Assembly (NCBI GenBank): GCA_937903325.1
Contig: CALCZR010000051.1
Location: forward strand, 1-55,375
Origin: an uncultured Candidatus Saccharibacteria bacterium
GTDB taxonomy: Bacteria > Patescibacteriota > Saccharimonadia > Saccharimonadales > AWTP1-31
Direction: 5' to 3'
Length of the DNA stretch: 55,375 nt
A program made the translations under genes and the position numbers. Below the pieces are notes generated by a model. The model had not been told where the DNA came from. It ran no database searches and was given only the letters and a program-made list of their open reading frames with translations. This document shows positions 8,998 to 16,322 of this stretch, piece after piece. The stretch's first letter is position 1, and the number at the start of each line of letters is the position of its first letter.

Positions 8998-9021
8998 CAA
9001 GGAGGCCATACAAGGTATACA
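8994..9021 (+). promoter_or_regulatory. sigma70-type promoter, TTGACA-16 nt-TATACA
   Basis: TTGACA at 8994-8999 and TATACA at 9016-9021. The ATG at 9029 lies 7 nt after the -10 box and has no SD. Confidence 0.45.
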
Positions 9022-9028
9022 ATTAGTT

Positions 9029-9325
9029 ATGGCTATTAACTACAACAATAAGGCAGCCATATTATTTTTACTCAAGACTGGCCTCCTATCATCAGAGGCC
9101 AGGGGAGAAGAAAAGCTATGGTGCGGGATACTAGACAAGTGCAGGCTGGAGGCAATAGATAATGACAAGTACGGGTCGTATGAAGGAGCTTTTGCAGCGT
9201 CTCTCAAAGAAAAGCCGTGGGTCCCCGATAGCAAAGCTAGCTTTAGCGATATTTGGAGTGTCTATTGGTACTTTGCTTGTTTATACATGGAGGAAGAGGA
9301 ATCAAAAGACATCAACAAAATATGA
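9029..9325 (+). CDS. hypothetical protein (98 aa)
   Basis: The open frame starts right after a promoter. Its 3' 164 nt overlap the next ORF in another frame, so its extent is uncertain. Confidence 0.4.
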   Translation: MAINYNNKAAILFLLKTGLLSSEARGEEKLWCGILDKCRLEAIDNDKYGSYEGAFAASLKEKPWVPDSKASFSDIWSVYWYFACLYMEEEESKDINKI

Positions 9326-9560
9326 GGCTTGGCCAACATTAGATGAAATCCTTGAAGAAATAGAGACAAATACTGCACATAGAGAGGTAACAGATGCCAT
9401 AAACAAGACTAAGATATGGGGCACGTTTGGGGATAGGGCAGTTATAGAGGACATAATGTTAGCCCGGAGAGTTAAGCAATACGCACAACAAATTGGGTTG
9501 GACGTAGTTGTAGTTGGATCAGGCGAGGATTACGATGACGAAGATGAAGATGATTTTTAG
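9162..9560 (+). CDS. membrane-anchored protein with acidic C-terminus (132 aa)
   Basis: GGAGG lies 9 nt upstream. The N-terminus is basic, followed by the TM segment IAKLALAIFGVSIGTLLVY and the acidic tail EDYDDEDEDDF. Confidence 0.55.
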   Translation: MTSTGRMKELLQRLSKKSRGSPIAKLALAIFGVSIGTLLVYTWRKRNQKTSTKYEAWPTLDEILEEIETNTAHREVTDAINKTKIWGTFGDRAVIEDIMLARRVKQYAQQIGLDVVVVGSGEDYDDEDEDDF

Positions 9561-10200
9561 TGCACTAGCAGCAACGGTCTCAATCGCAACAGCAGCAGCG
9601 CCAAGTGCGGTAATGAAGGCTAGTCAAGCGGCTGCTAACATTATGCTCCAGGACAAGAACACGAATAATTGGATGACTATTTGTTCTGGATCATTCGTGG
9701 ATTTGCCTCTATTTAAGGGTGAGAAAGTTATTGTAACAGCTGGCCACTGCGTAGATGACTTGCCTAATAATGCTTACTCTGCCCATTTATTTAACAAGGA
9801 CGATGTCGACCTTGAACTTGTAGACCATATGTTTGCATGGCCTATTGGAGACTACGCTATCTTCCGGGTAGTAGAAAAAGATCAGGCTGCACTTAAGAAC
9901 ATTAAGCCACTTAAAGTTGGAAAGAAATTGTCCACACCAGGAGAGCCTGTTTATATGTTTAGTGGACCACTTGGCACAGTGTTAAACTATTACGAGGGAT
10001 ATTACTCTGGCAAGATGGGGTGGGTGGATAGTCCAACCTCAGTTGACGAAATGGATTGGGTCATCATGAATGCCGCACCAGGCTCATCTGGATCTGTTGT
10101 ACTTAACGCTAAAGGCGAAGCAGTCGGAATACTGGTTGCTGGAATGGATACAGATGTAAAACTTTTTGGGGCTTTATTGTCAGACCTACCTCTTAATTAA
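9535..10200 (+). CDS. secreted trypsin-like (S1 family) serine protease
   Basis: The signal-peptide-like N-terminus is MTKMKMIFSALAATVSIATAAA. The catalytic triad motifs are TAGHCV (His), DYAIFRV (Asp) and APGSSGSVV (Ser). GAGGA lies 5 nt upstream of the ATG at 9535. Confidence 0.7.
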   Translation: MTKMKMIFSALAATVSIATAAAPSAVMKASQAAANIMLQDKNTNNWMTICSGSFVDLPLFKGEKVIVTAGHCVDDLPNNAYSAHLFNKDDVDLELVDHMFAWPIGDYAIFRVVEKDQAALKNIKPLKVGKKLSTPGEPVYMFSGPLGTVLNYYEGYYSGKMGWVDSPTSVDEMDWVIMNAAPGSSGSVVLNAKGEAVGILVAGMDTDVKLFGALLSDLPLN

Positions 10201-10202
10201 TA

Positions 10203-10229
10203 TTGACATTTAATCCTAATTGCTATAAT
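10203..10229 (+). promoter_or_regulatory. near-consensus sigma70 promoter, TTGACA-15 nt-TGcTATAAT
   Basis: TTGACA at 10203-10208 and a TG-extended TATAAT at 10224-10229. The ATG at 10238 lies 8 nt downstream and has no SD. Confidence 0.6.
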
Positions 10230-10237
10230 ATTTAAAT

Positions 10238-10366
10238 ATGAATACAGAAGAACCTAGATTCACGGAAGAGGAATTGGCTAAAGCAAGAGAGATCTTAGAC
10301 GTGAAATTACAAGGCAAGATGGAATTAACAGAAAGTAACGCTTTATGGTGGCTAGAAGAAGAATAA
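10238..10366 (+). CDS. small acidic protein (42 aa), not in ORF track
   Basis: The product is MNTEEPRFTEEELAKAREILDVKLQGKMELTESNALWWLEEE. The gene is bracketed by its own promoter and a terminator. Confidence 0.45.
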   Translation: MNTEEPRFTEEELAKAREILDVKLQGKMELTESNALWWLEEE

Positions 10367-10372
10367 TAAATT

Positions 10373-10399
10373 ACCCTCCTAATTAGGAGGGTTTGCTTT
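10373..10399. terminator. bidirectional rho-independent terminator
   Basis: Stem ACCCTCCT / AGGAGGGT with loop AATT. It is flanked by a T-run on one strand and an A-run on the other, and sits between convergent small genes. Confidence 0.65.
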
Positions 10400-10622
10400 A
10401 CCAGTGCCCATCTCTACAGTACACATCGGGATCTGGCCCAAAAGCTGCTCTAACATCTCCTTCCGTAAGATCACCAAATTGCCCATCTGTATATGCCCAC
10501 AAACCTAAATTCCCAGAGTGGATATTCCATGCTCCCAAAAACATGGCAATACCCTTCCAGTTTGACCCCAAAGACGCTGCACCCGTATTATCCGACATTT
10601 CCTGCGTAATTAAACAAAACAT
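10398..10622 (-). CDS. hypothetical protein (74 aa)
   Basis: AAGGAG lies 4 nt upstream of the ATG. It has its own promoter and ends at the bidirectional terminator. It is preferred over the overlapping plus-strand ORF 10393..10710, which has no SD. Confidence 0.6.
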   Translation of the reverse strand: MFCLITQEMSDNTGAASLGSNWKGIAMFLGAWNIHSGNLGLWAYTDGQFGDLTEGDVRAAFGPDPDVYCRDGHW

Positions 10623-10663
10623 GATTCTCCTTAATCTATGTTACCGAATTTGGCAACCTAAAT

Positions 10664-10692
10664 ATTATACCACAGCTATTGAGGATTTTACA
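10664..10692 (-). promoter_or_regulatory. extended -10 promoter, TGgTATAAT
   Basis: On the minus strand: TGTAAA, a 17-nt spacer and TGgTATAAT (-10 at 10669..10664). It is back-to-back with the plus-strand promoter. Confidence 0.5.
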
Positions 10693-10707
10693 GGGATATG
10701 GTACAAT
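10679..10707 (+). promoter_or_regulatory. sigma70-type promoter, TTGAGG-17 nt-TACAAT
   Basis: TTGAGG at 10679-10684 and TACAAT at 10702-10707. The ATG at 10713 lies 5 nt downstream with no SD. Confidence 0.5.
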
Positions 10708-10712
10708 TAATT

Positions 10713-10892
10713 ATGTTTAATAATTGGTGGGTAGCAAGATATATCGACGAAGAGAATAAGGTCCGTATCGTAGCCTGTGACGACAGGCAAAAATTAGCCG
10801 ACCATTTAAAGACGATCGGCGTAGATGAGTACAATATTGCTAAGGAAACTTTCGAGAATCTTGCGGCAGAAATGAAAGCTAAGGACGAGTAA
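10713..10892 (+). CDS. hypothetical protein (59 aa), probably leaderless
   Basis: The track ORF is 10698..10892. The in-frame ATG at 10713 coincides with the predicted transcription start. The 3' end overlaps the convergent lipoprotein gene by 14 nt. Confidence 0.5.
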   Translation: MFNNWWVARYIDEENKVRIVACDDRQKLADHLKTIGVDEYNIAKETFENLAAEMKAKDE

Positions 10893-11208
10893 AGGTTCTG
10901 CCTTTTCCATCTTTGTCCATATAGTTCATCTCGACCGAGTTAATAATTCCCCTAAATGGTAGTTGGTAAGATTTAAGTGACTGATACATACACTTAACTA
11001 AATTACCAACTATCGTGCATTTTGGGTCATTAAATGTTAAATCAGTACCTCTGATATTTAGAGATACATTGTAGATGGTATTTTCAGACTGTATCTGCAT
11101 AACTGTGTAATCAGATTCCTGCAAATAGGTCAAGCTAATACCGTCCTGTTCCATAATAGTAGGAACACAGGATACAAGTAGCATCCCTAGGACGATATAT
11201 TTAATCAC
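10879..11208 (-). CDS. lipoprotein at the end of the lysis cassette
   Basis: Signal peptide with lipobox: MIKYIVLGMLLVSC. ATGA-type overlap with the holin gene. Confidence 0.65.
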   Translation of the reverse strand: MIKYIVLGMLLVSCVPTIMEQDGISLTYLQESDYTVMQIQSENTIYNVSLNIRGTDLTFNDPKCTIVGNLVKCMYQSLKSYQLPFRGIINSVEMNYMDKDGKGRTFTRP

Positions 11209-11414
11209 CGCTCTCCACCTTGGGGTAGAGTTGGGTCTTGTTTTGGCGTATTATTTGCAGGAGCGGCAGCGTCCTGTGCAAGTACACCAACCAATGCGGT
11301 CACGGCAATAGAGATTGCCTGGATTGGAGTGAGATCTCCCGTAAAATAGCCACTAAGAGCTGCGACTAAACCTGCGATACCTGCCCATGTTGTTTTTTGT
11401 TTAAGGATACCCAT
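11205..11414 (-). CDS. holin (two TM segments)
   Basis: The TM segments are WAGIAGLVAALSGYF and IQAISIAVTALVGVLA, followed by a hydrophilic tail. It lies directly downstream of the endolysin. The alternative start is 11429. Confidence 0.65.
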   Translation of the reverse strand: MGILKQKTTWAGIAGLVAALSGYFTGDLTPIQAISIAVTALVGVLAQDAAAPANNTPKQDPTLPQGGER

Positions 11415-11418
11415 GTTA

Positions 11419-11991
11419 CTATTCCTCATATTTGCCCGTATAGGCTTTATAGCTACCGTCTTCTTTTTTTACCAAAGTTATAGTGTCAATCAGCTTATTG
11501 CTAATAGCGCTATAAAGTGGTATCTTGACCTGATTTTGTACTTTAGGTGCGACCACTGGCTTAGTCTCAATAAGCCTAGATCCAACAATTACATCTCTCT
11601 TGATACCGTGTTGTTTTGCATATTCCTGGCCTCCCTTGATCTGTAGATGAGGTCTTTCAAAATCAAGTGTTTCCAGTCCAAAGAGACTAGGATCGACCTC
11701 TCTATACAGTTTATCATAGCCAGCCCAATCAGCTCGACCACTCACCAAAGGCACAAGATCTGCAGCCAACCCGTACCTGTGACAACTATCCATTGTATAG
11801 GTAAGATATCTTCCAAATGGTGGCCTACTACGTCCAGCGCCATAAAGCCATTGCTGTCTCTCTGGCGTCCTAAAGGTTTCGTACACAAGGATATCGTACC
11901 CTTGCGCGGCAGCAGCATCAAGCCACTTATCTAGGCGCTCGCGAAAGTCTGGATGTAATGCATTCTTATCTCTGTTCTGCACGGGCTCCAT
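11419..11991 (-). CDS. endolysin, peptidase M15 (VanY / L-Ala-D-Glu peptidase-like)
   Basis: Zn-binding motifs are SCHRYGLAADL (SxHxxGxAxD) and ERPHLQ. RTPERQ is present upstream. Confidence 0.85.
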   Translation of the reverse strand: MEPVQNRDKNALHPDFRERLDKWLDAAAAQGYDILVYETFRTPERQQWLYGAGRSRPPFGRYLTYTMDSCHRYGLAADLVPLVSGRADWAGYDKLYREVDPSLFGLETLDFERPHLQIKGGQEYAKQHGIKRDVIVGSRLIETKPVVAPKVQNQVKIPLYSAISNKLIDTITLVKKEDGSYKAYTGKYEE

Positions 11992-11994
11992 GGT

Positions 11995-12405
11995 TTATTC
12001 CTTGTCGTCTATGATGTCTATAACCCTTAGATTAGTTGCTCCACCATCTCCAGTTGCATAAACAAAATTTGTTACACCTTCAAGGCTTAGGGTAGCCCCT
12101 GCTGCCAGAGGGTAGCCATAACTAATAATAGTGGCAGCATTATTGCTCATTGGATTTGGGTCCACATGGCGCAAATACACAGGCACACTGCCCGCATTTG
12201 TAATATGGCAAGCTATCCTCTTACTATCCTGCGTGATAACATCAGCAATCTCGTCCACGGCACAGACAACTTTTCTTACCTCAAATTTCCTATCTACATA
12301 TCCGCCAAGACTATTCCGCAAAACCTTATATGCGAGCAGATCTCTCATAGTTTGTATAAATTCGTTTTGCCCGTTTGCCGTAAAACCACCAAAATTAGAT
12401 TCCAT
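11995..12405 (-). CDS. hypothetical protein (136 aa)
   Basis: GGAGGAGGAG lies upstream of the ATG at 12405 (MESNFGG). The track start at 12441 is less likely. Confidence 0.6.
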   Translation of the reverse strand: MESNFGGFTANGQNEFIQTMRDLLAYKVLRNSLGGYVDRKFEVRKVVCAVDEIADVITQDSKRIACHITNAGSVPVYLRHVDPNPMSNNAATIISYGYPLAAGATLSLEGVTNFVYATGDGGATNLRVIDIIDDKE

Positions 12406-12592
12406 TATTCTCCTCCTCCGTATTGTAGACATAGTTCTCATCTACCCCATCGTATGCATACATATATCCAGCTTTTGTATGTCCATTAAACTTAATTTCA
12501 AATCCATACTTTTTGTCTGGATGTTCGTGTGATTCTGTAATTGGATTAAGTAGATTATATACTTGTTGCCAAACTGCATCCTTATCTATCAT
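12395..12592 (-). CDS. hypothetical protein (65 aa)
   Basis: Open frame, ATGA-coupled to the upstream gene. Confidence 0.5.
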   Translation of the reverse strand: MIDKDAVWQQVYNLLNPITESHEHPDKKYGFEIKFNGHTKAGYMYAYDGVDENYVYNTEEENNGI

Positions 12593-12876
12593 TTACTAGC
12601 CTCCTTAGCTACTGGCGGTTGCGAAGATATGTACTGCACAACCTGTGTTGTACCAAATGACAATAATGCTGACAGTATGATGCTTATGGGGATTAGCATA
12701 GTGCGCATTCGGATTCTCTCTTCCTCTAAGACGCGTACCCTTAATTCTAAAGCCGTATGATCGGCCTTAAGTATACGGTTCGCCTCTCTTACCTCCTCAA
12801 AGAGTTCATCCATTTTTTCTCTCATATGATGCAGATCACGCTGCATAGAGGCAAACTTAACTTCTAACGATTCCAT
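12589..12876 (-). CDS. coiled-coil protein with C-terminal TM anchor (95 aa)
   Basis: The start is MESLEVKF, with GAGGAG upstream and TAATG coupling. The C-terminal hydrophobic segment is MLIPISIILSALLSFG. Confidence 0.55.
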   Translation of the reverse strand: MESLEVKFASMQRDLHHMREKMDELFEEVREANRILKADHTALELRVRVLEEERIRMRTMLIPISIILSALLSFGTTQVVQYISSQPPVAKEASK

Positions 12877-13007
12877 TATCCAAATCTCCTCGGCCAAGTT
12901 ATGCCAATGGATAGATGCATGGTTATGAGTCCTACATTGGTAATCCCCCGTTTAAATACTGCATTTGGTGCAGCTGTACCAACAACAACTCCACTATAAG
13001 TAGCCAT
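12876..13007 (-). CDS. small protein (43 aa), not in ORF track
   Basis: The product is MATYSGVVVGTAAPNAVFKRGITNVGLITMHLSIGITWPRRFG. TAATG overlaps occur at both ends and GAGGA lies upstream. Confidence 0.4.
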   Translation of the reverse strand: MATYSGVVVGTAAPNAVFKRGITNVGLITMHLSIGITWPRRFG

Positions 13008-13762
13008 TATACAATCCTCACTACGGCACTATTACCACTAGCACCAATTACGAAATACTCCTCGACACCAACCGAAACCTGTATGATGTCTCCATAAGCA
13101 ATACCAGATAGTCCAGTTTCGGCTACATCAGTAAACCATCCGACCACACCCGTGACCACCGAATATAGGCATTTAGGACCCCATACTTGACGTTTAGATC
13201 CAGCCCAAGTTGCGGCCGCTACAGAGGTAAGGTTTAAACTATTCATCGAAGCTGTAGTAATACCCCCCGAACCAGCAGATACATACATGCTACCCATACT
13301 AGATGAGGATGGCACATAACAGTGCCTGTAGGTACTCTCTGGCCAAGTTGTAGTACTAATCGTTGCAGGCTTGATGTAGCCGATAATTAGCCTGCTACTA
13401 TTATTCGTCAGGACCATAAATCTGCCCTCTGGACCTACAAACTTATCCGCTACCGCACTTGTACTATTTGACCACGTTAATGTTGATGAGGTGGTTGGAC
13501 CAGTACCAGTATGGGTACCACTATTCCATGTATCATAGGCAACTATGCTTATCTGTGTTGGACTAACTTGTACCCTTACAATAAAAGTACCTTTAGCCGA
13601 TCCGTTAGTGGCGTAGCTGTAAACGCGGAAATCATCAGTAGCTACGTAACTATCAATCTGTGTAAATCCAAGACTTGTAGTCATTACGCCATCTATAAAT
13701 GATACTAGTGTTGCCTGGCTAAACCCGGATGCCTGGGTTGATGTCGTATAAGTAAAGGCCAT
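13007..13762 (-). CDS. tail-fibre-associated protein, paralog B (251 aa)
   Basis: The start is MAFTYTT, with GAGGA upstream and a TAATG overlap. It shares WN(S/A)GTHTGT and overall layout with 13762..14547. Confidence 0.6.
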   Translation of the reverse strand: MAFTYTTSTQASGFSQATLVSFIDGVMTTSLGFTQIDSYVATDDFRVYSYATNGSAKGTFIVRVQVSPTQISIVAYDTWNSGTHTGTGPTTSSTLTWSNSTSAVADKFVGPEGRFMVLTNNSSRLIIGYIKPATISTTTWPESTYRHCYVPSSSSMGSMYVSAGSGGITTASMNSLNLTSVAAATWAGSKRQVWGPKCLYSVVTGVVGWFTDVAETGLSGIAYGDIIQVSVGVEEYFVIGASGNSAVVRIV

Positions 13763-14547
13763 TATCTTATCCTCACTGCGGCTGTAGTTGATATACAAAA
13801 ATATCTCTGAGATGCATCATTAGCATCCTGCAAAATATATCCAAATGAGCTACTGCCGTACCCTACATCCGCCCAATCTTCACTGAATCTGCCATATACG
13901 CCACCAGAAGAGCCATTAGAATACAGGACTTTAGATCCAGGAGCATATGGCCTTACATAGTTGTCTGCAGATATAGGGGATGTACTACTTAAGATTGTAG
14001 ATATGTTGACCGTTGAAACAATAACAGATCTTGGAGTAGTAAATGATGTCATGTTTGTGCTGTTGACCAAGAAGTAGAATGCGTTGCTAGCCTCGTCGTA
14101 ACTACTATGCTTCGTACCTGGGCGCACCCATCCAGCTGCACCTGTCACACTAGTTGTGCCACCGTTAATAAATAGGGCAAATTTGCCCTCTCCAGCATCA
14201 GATTGAAATATATATACCGATGTGGGGAGTGTCGGATAAAGTGTTATCCCAGCAGTTTGAGAGATTTGCGTAGTCCCCGTATGGGTACCAGCATTCCAAG
14301 TCACCCAAGTTGATAAATTTGGCGAGAAAAATGTCGCAGATGTGGCAGTGGTAAAAGTATATTGCAAGTATACGGTACCAGTCGCAGATGCATTTTGCAC
14401 CAACTGGTAAACCCTAATAGTGTTACCACCAGATGTATAGGAGTCGTACACGGTCATACCACATGCTATCATCACGTTGTCAAATTGCACCAACAGATCT
14501 GTTAGACTTAGGCCACCAGGTATAATAGTTGTACTTAAGTCAAACAT
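13762..14547 (-). CDS. tail-fibre-associated protein, paralog A (261 aa)
   Basis: Open frame immediately downstream of the tail fibre gene. It is Ser/Thr/Gly rich. Confidence 0.6.
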   Translation of the reverse strand: MFDLSTTIIPGGLSLTDLLVQFDNVMIACGMTVYDSYTSGGNTIRVYQLVQNASATGTVYLQYTFTTATSATFFSPNLSTWVTWNAGTHTGTTQISQTAGITLYPTLPTSVYIFQSDAGEGKFALFINGGTTSVTGAAGWVRPGTKHSSYDEASNAFYFLVNSTNMTSFTTPRSVIVSTVNISTILSSTSPISADNYVRPYAPGSKVLYSNGSSGGVYGRFSEDWADVGYGSSSFGYILQDANDASQRYFCISTTAAVRIR

Positions 14548-16322
14548 TATGCCTCCAACTTTAGGTATGTTACAGTAACTGTTACTGTACTGCTAGACCC
14601 GGATAAGTTGTATACGTTGATAGCAATAGATGTTGTTGGGGATCCCTCCATATTGCTGACTAGTCCAGATGCTGTGCCAGACATATAGTACGTAGCAGCG
14701 CCAGTACTAACAACTTCTAAGTACGTCCCATTTGGTGGATCAACAAGCACAGCTCTACCAACATCAGCATCCCTAATTGCAGTTGTTGCATAAAATGCAA
14801 CTCTAGCAGCTCTATCTAACTCTATAGATAAAATCCTAGCTGTCTTCCCAAGCGTTATTGTAGTACTACTAGACGCCCCGTTAGCAAGAGATCCGGTTGT
14901 AAGCGTTGCAGTTGCTCTGGACTCTAGGCCCGCCATTGTAGGTAATTGACTAGATGGTACTTTACCAGTTACATCTAATGTAGCAACCCCACTATTCGCA
15001 CCCTTCTCGCTAGCCGGTATCTTTGCTGCTAGGTCTGTCACTAAGTTTGTAATGTCAGACTGGGGATGCGTATGGGCCGACGGGGCGAATGTGCTTGGTT
15101 TACCTGTAATTCCAGCCCAAGGCACGGCTTCTGCAGCATCAACGATACCGTTGTTATTGGTGTCGTACACAGATTGGAGCATGTCTCCGGTACCACCCAT
15201 TGGAGGCAATTGAGCTGATGGGACTTTGCCAGATCCATCTAGTGTAGCAACTCCACTAGCTGCACCAAGCAGAGATGTATCTACTTTGCCAGCCAGGGCT
15301 GTAACTAGGCCAGTTACATCAGACTGAGGATGCGTATGAGTCGTACTTGCTTTGCCCGCAAGATCGGCAACAAGATTTGTAATATCTGACTGAGCATGAG
15401 TGTGCGTAGACGGAGTAAATGTACTAGGTTTGCCCGTAATGCCTGCCCATGGCGCAGTAGCAGCCGAGTCCACTATGCCATCATTATCTGTGTCATAAGT
15501 GGATTTCAACATATCTCCACTACCCATTGCAGGTAGCTGACTGGTGGGCACCTTGCCAGATCCATCCAGGGTTGCAACACCGCTTGCCGCACCCTTTTCT
15601 GTTGCTGGTATCTTTGCTGCTAGGTCTGTCACTAAGTTTGTAATGTCGGACTGAGCGTGAGTATGAGTGGCAGGAGTAAATGTACTGGGCTTGCCGGTGA
15701 TTCCAGCCCAAGGAGCACTTTCTGCCGCGTCCACAATACCATCATTATCGGTATCGTACACAGACTTGGTCATATCTCCAGTGCCTATACCAGCAGGCGC
15801 TTGGGATGGAGTGAGTTTACCGGATCCATCTAGCGTAGCTACACCACTATTTGCGCCAAGTAAAGATGTTTCAACTTTGGCGTCTAGTGCAGTCTGCAAC
15901 CCTGTTACCGTAGATATCGCCTGAGTGCCGGTGTGATTTGCCCTAGCTTTAAGATTAGCATCTGTATCATTTACAGTTGCACCAGTTGCAATGCTATCTA
16001 ACTTGGTTTTATCAGCTGCAGACATTAATCCAGCTGCCATAGTGGTTGCAACATCAGTGTCGGTATACAATTCATTTGCCTTGTAGCAATCGATTGTAAC
16101 CATTCCAGTACCTTTTGTTATTTTGATTGTTTCTCCATCCAGCCAATCAGCTGGATATGCTCCAATTGCTGAAAATGTACCAGGAGCTCCAGTGGTATCT
16201 TTTTCAATCGTAGTCCCCATCGGAGGATTTTCTATCTTAAGAGTCCCTAGCCTTGTGATATTTAAGTATTCATAGACCCCAGCCCGTCTGGGAAGTGTAA
16301 TTGAGTATGGTAGACTTTTCAT
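14547..16322 (-). CDS. tail fibre protein with tandem repeats
   Basis: Repeated units have the form GVATLDGSGKVP.SQLP...GDM..S.YDT.N.GIVD.A...PWAGITGKPSTF.P..HTH.QSDIT.LV.DLA.K. This is typical phage fibre repeat chemistry. Confidence 0.8.
   Translation of the reverse strand: MKSLPYSITLPRRAGVYEYLNITRLGTLKIENPPMGTTIEKDTTGAPGTFSAIGAYPADWLDGETIKITKGTGMVTIDCYKANELYTDTDVATTMAAGLMSAADKTKLDSIATGATVNDTDANLKARANHTGTQAISTVTGLQTALDAKVETSLLGANSGVATLDGSGKLTPSQAPAGIGTGDMTKSVYDTDNDGIVDAAESAPWAGITGKPSTFTPATHTHAQSDITNLVTDLAAKIPATEKGAASGVATLDGSGKVPTSQLPAMGSGDMLKSTYDTDNDGIVDSAATAPWAGITGKPSTFTPSTHTHAQSDITNLVADLAGKASTTHTHPQSDVTGLVTALAGKVDTSLLGAASGVATLDGSGKVPSAQLPPMGGTGDMLQSVYDTNNNGIVDAAEAVPWAGITGKPSTFAPSAHTHPQSDITNLVTDLAAKIPASEKGANSGVATLDVTGKVPSSQLPTMAGLESRATATLTTGSLANGASSSTTITLGKTARILSIELDRAARVAFYATTAIRDADVGRAVLVDPPNGTYLEVVSTGAATYYMSGTASGLVSNMEGSPTTSIAINVYNLSGSSSTVTVTVTYLKLEA
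14928..15941 (-). repeat. about 3.5 in-frame tandem repeats (87-110 codons) inside the tail fibre gene
   Basis: Repeat units start at aa 159, 247, 357 and 444 of the 591-aa protein. Confidence 0.8.

Noticed and set aside
10393-10710. 105-aa plus-strand ORF overlapping the minus-strand 74-aa gene.
   Set aside because: It has no SD and would start inside the terminator hairpin. The minus-strand ORF has AAGGAG, its own extended -10 promoter and a terminator.
13007-16322. Diversity-generating retroelement acting on the tail fibre or its paralogs.
   Set aside because: No reverse transcriptase ORF exists anywhere in the window. No template/variable repeat pair with adenine-specific mismatches was seen. 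The repeats are in-frame structural repeats.
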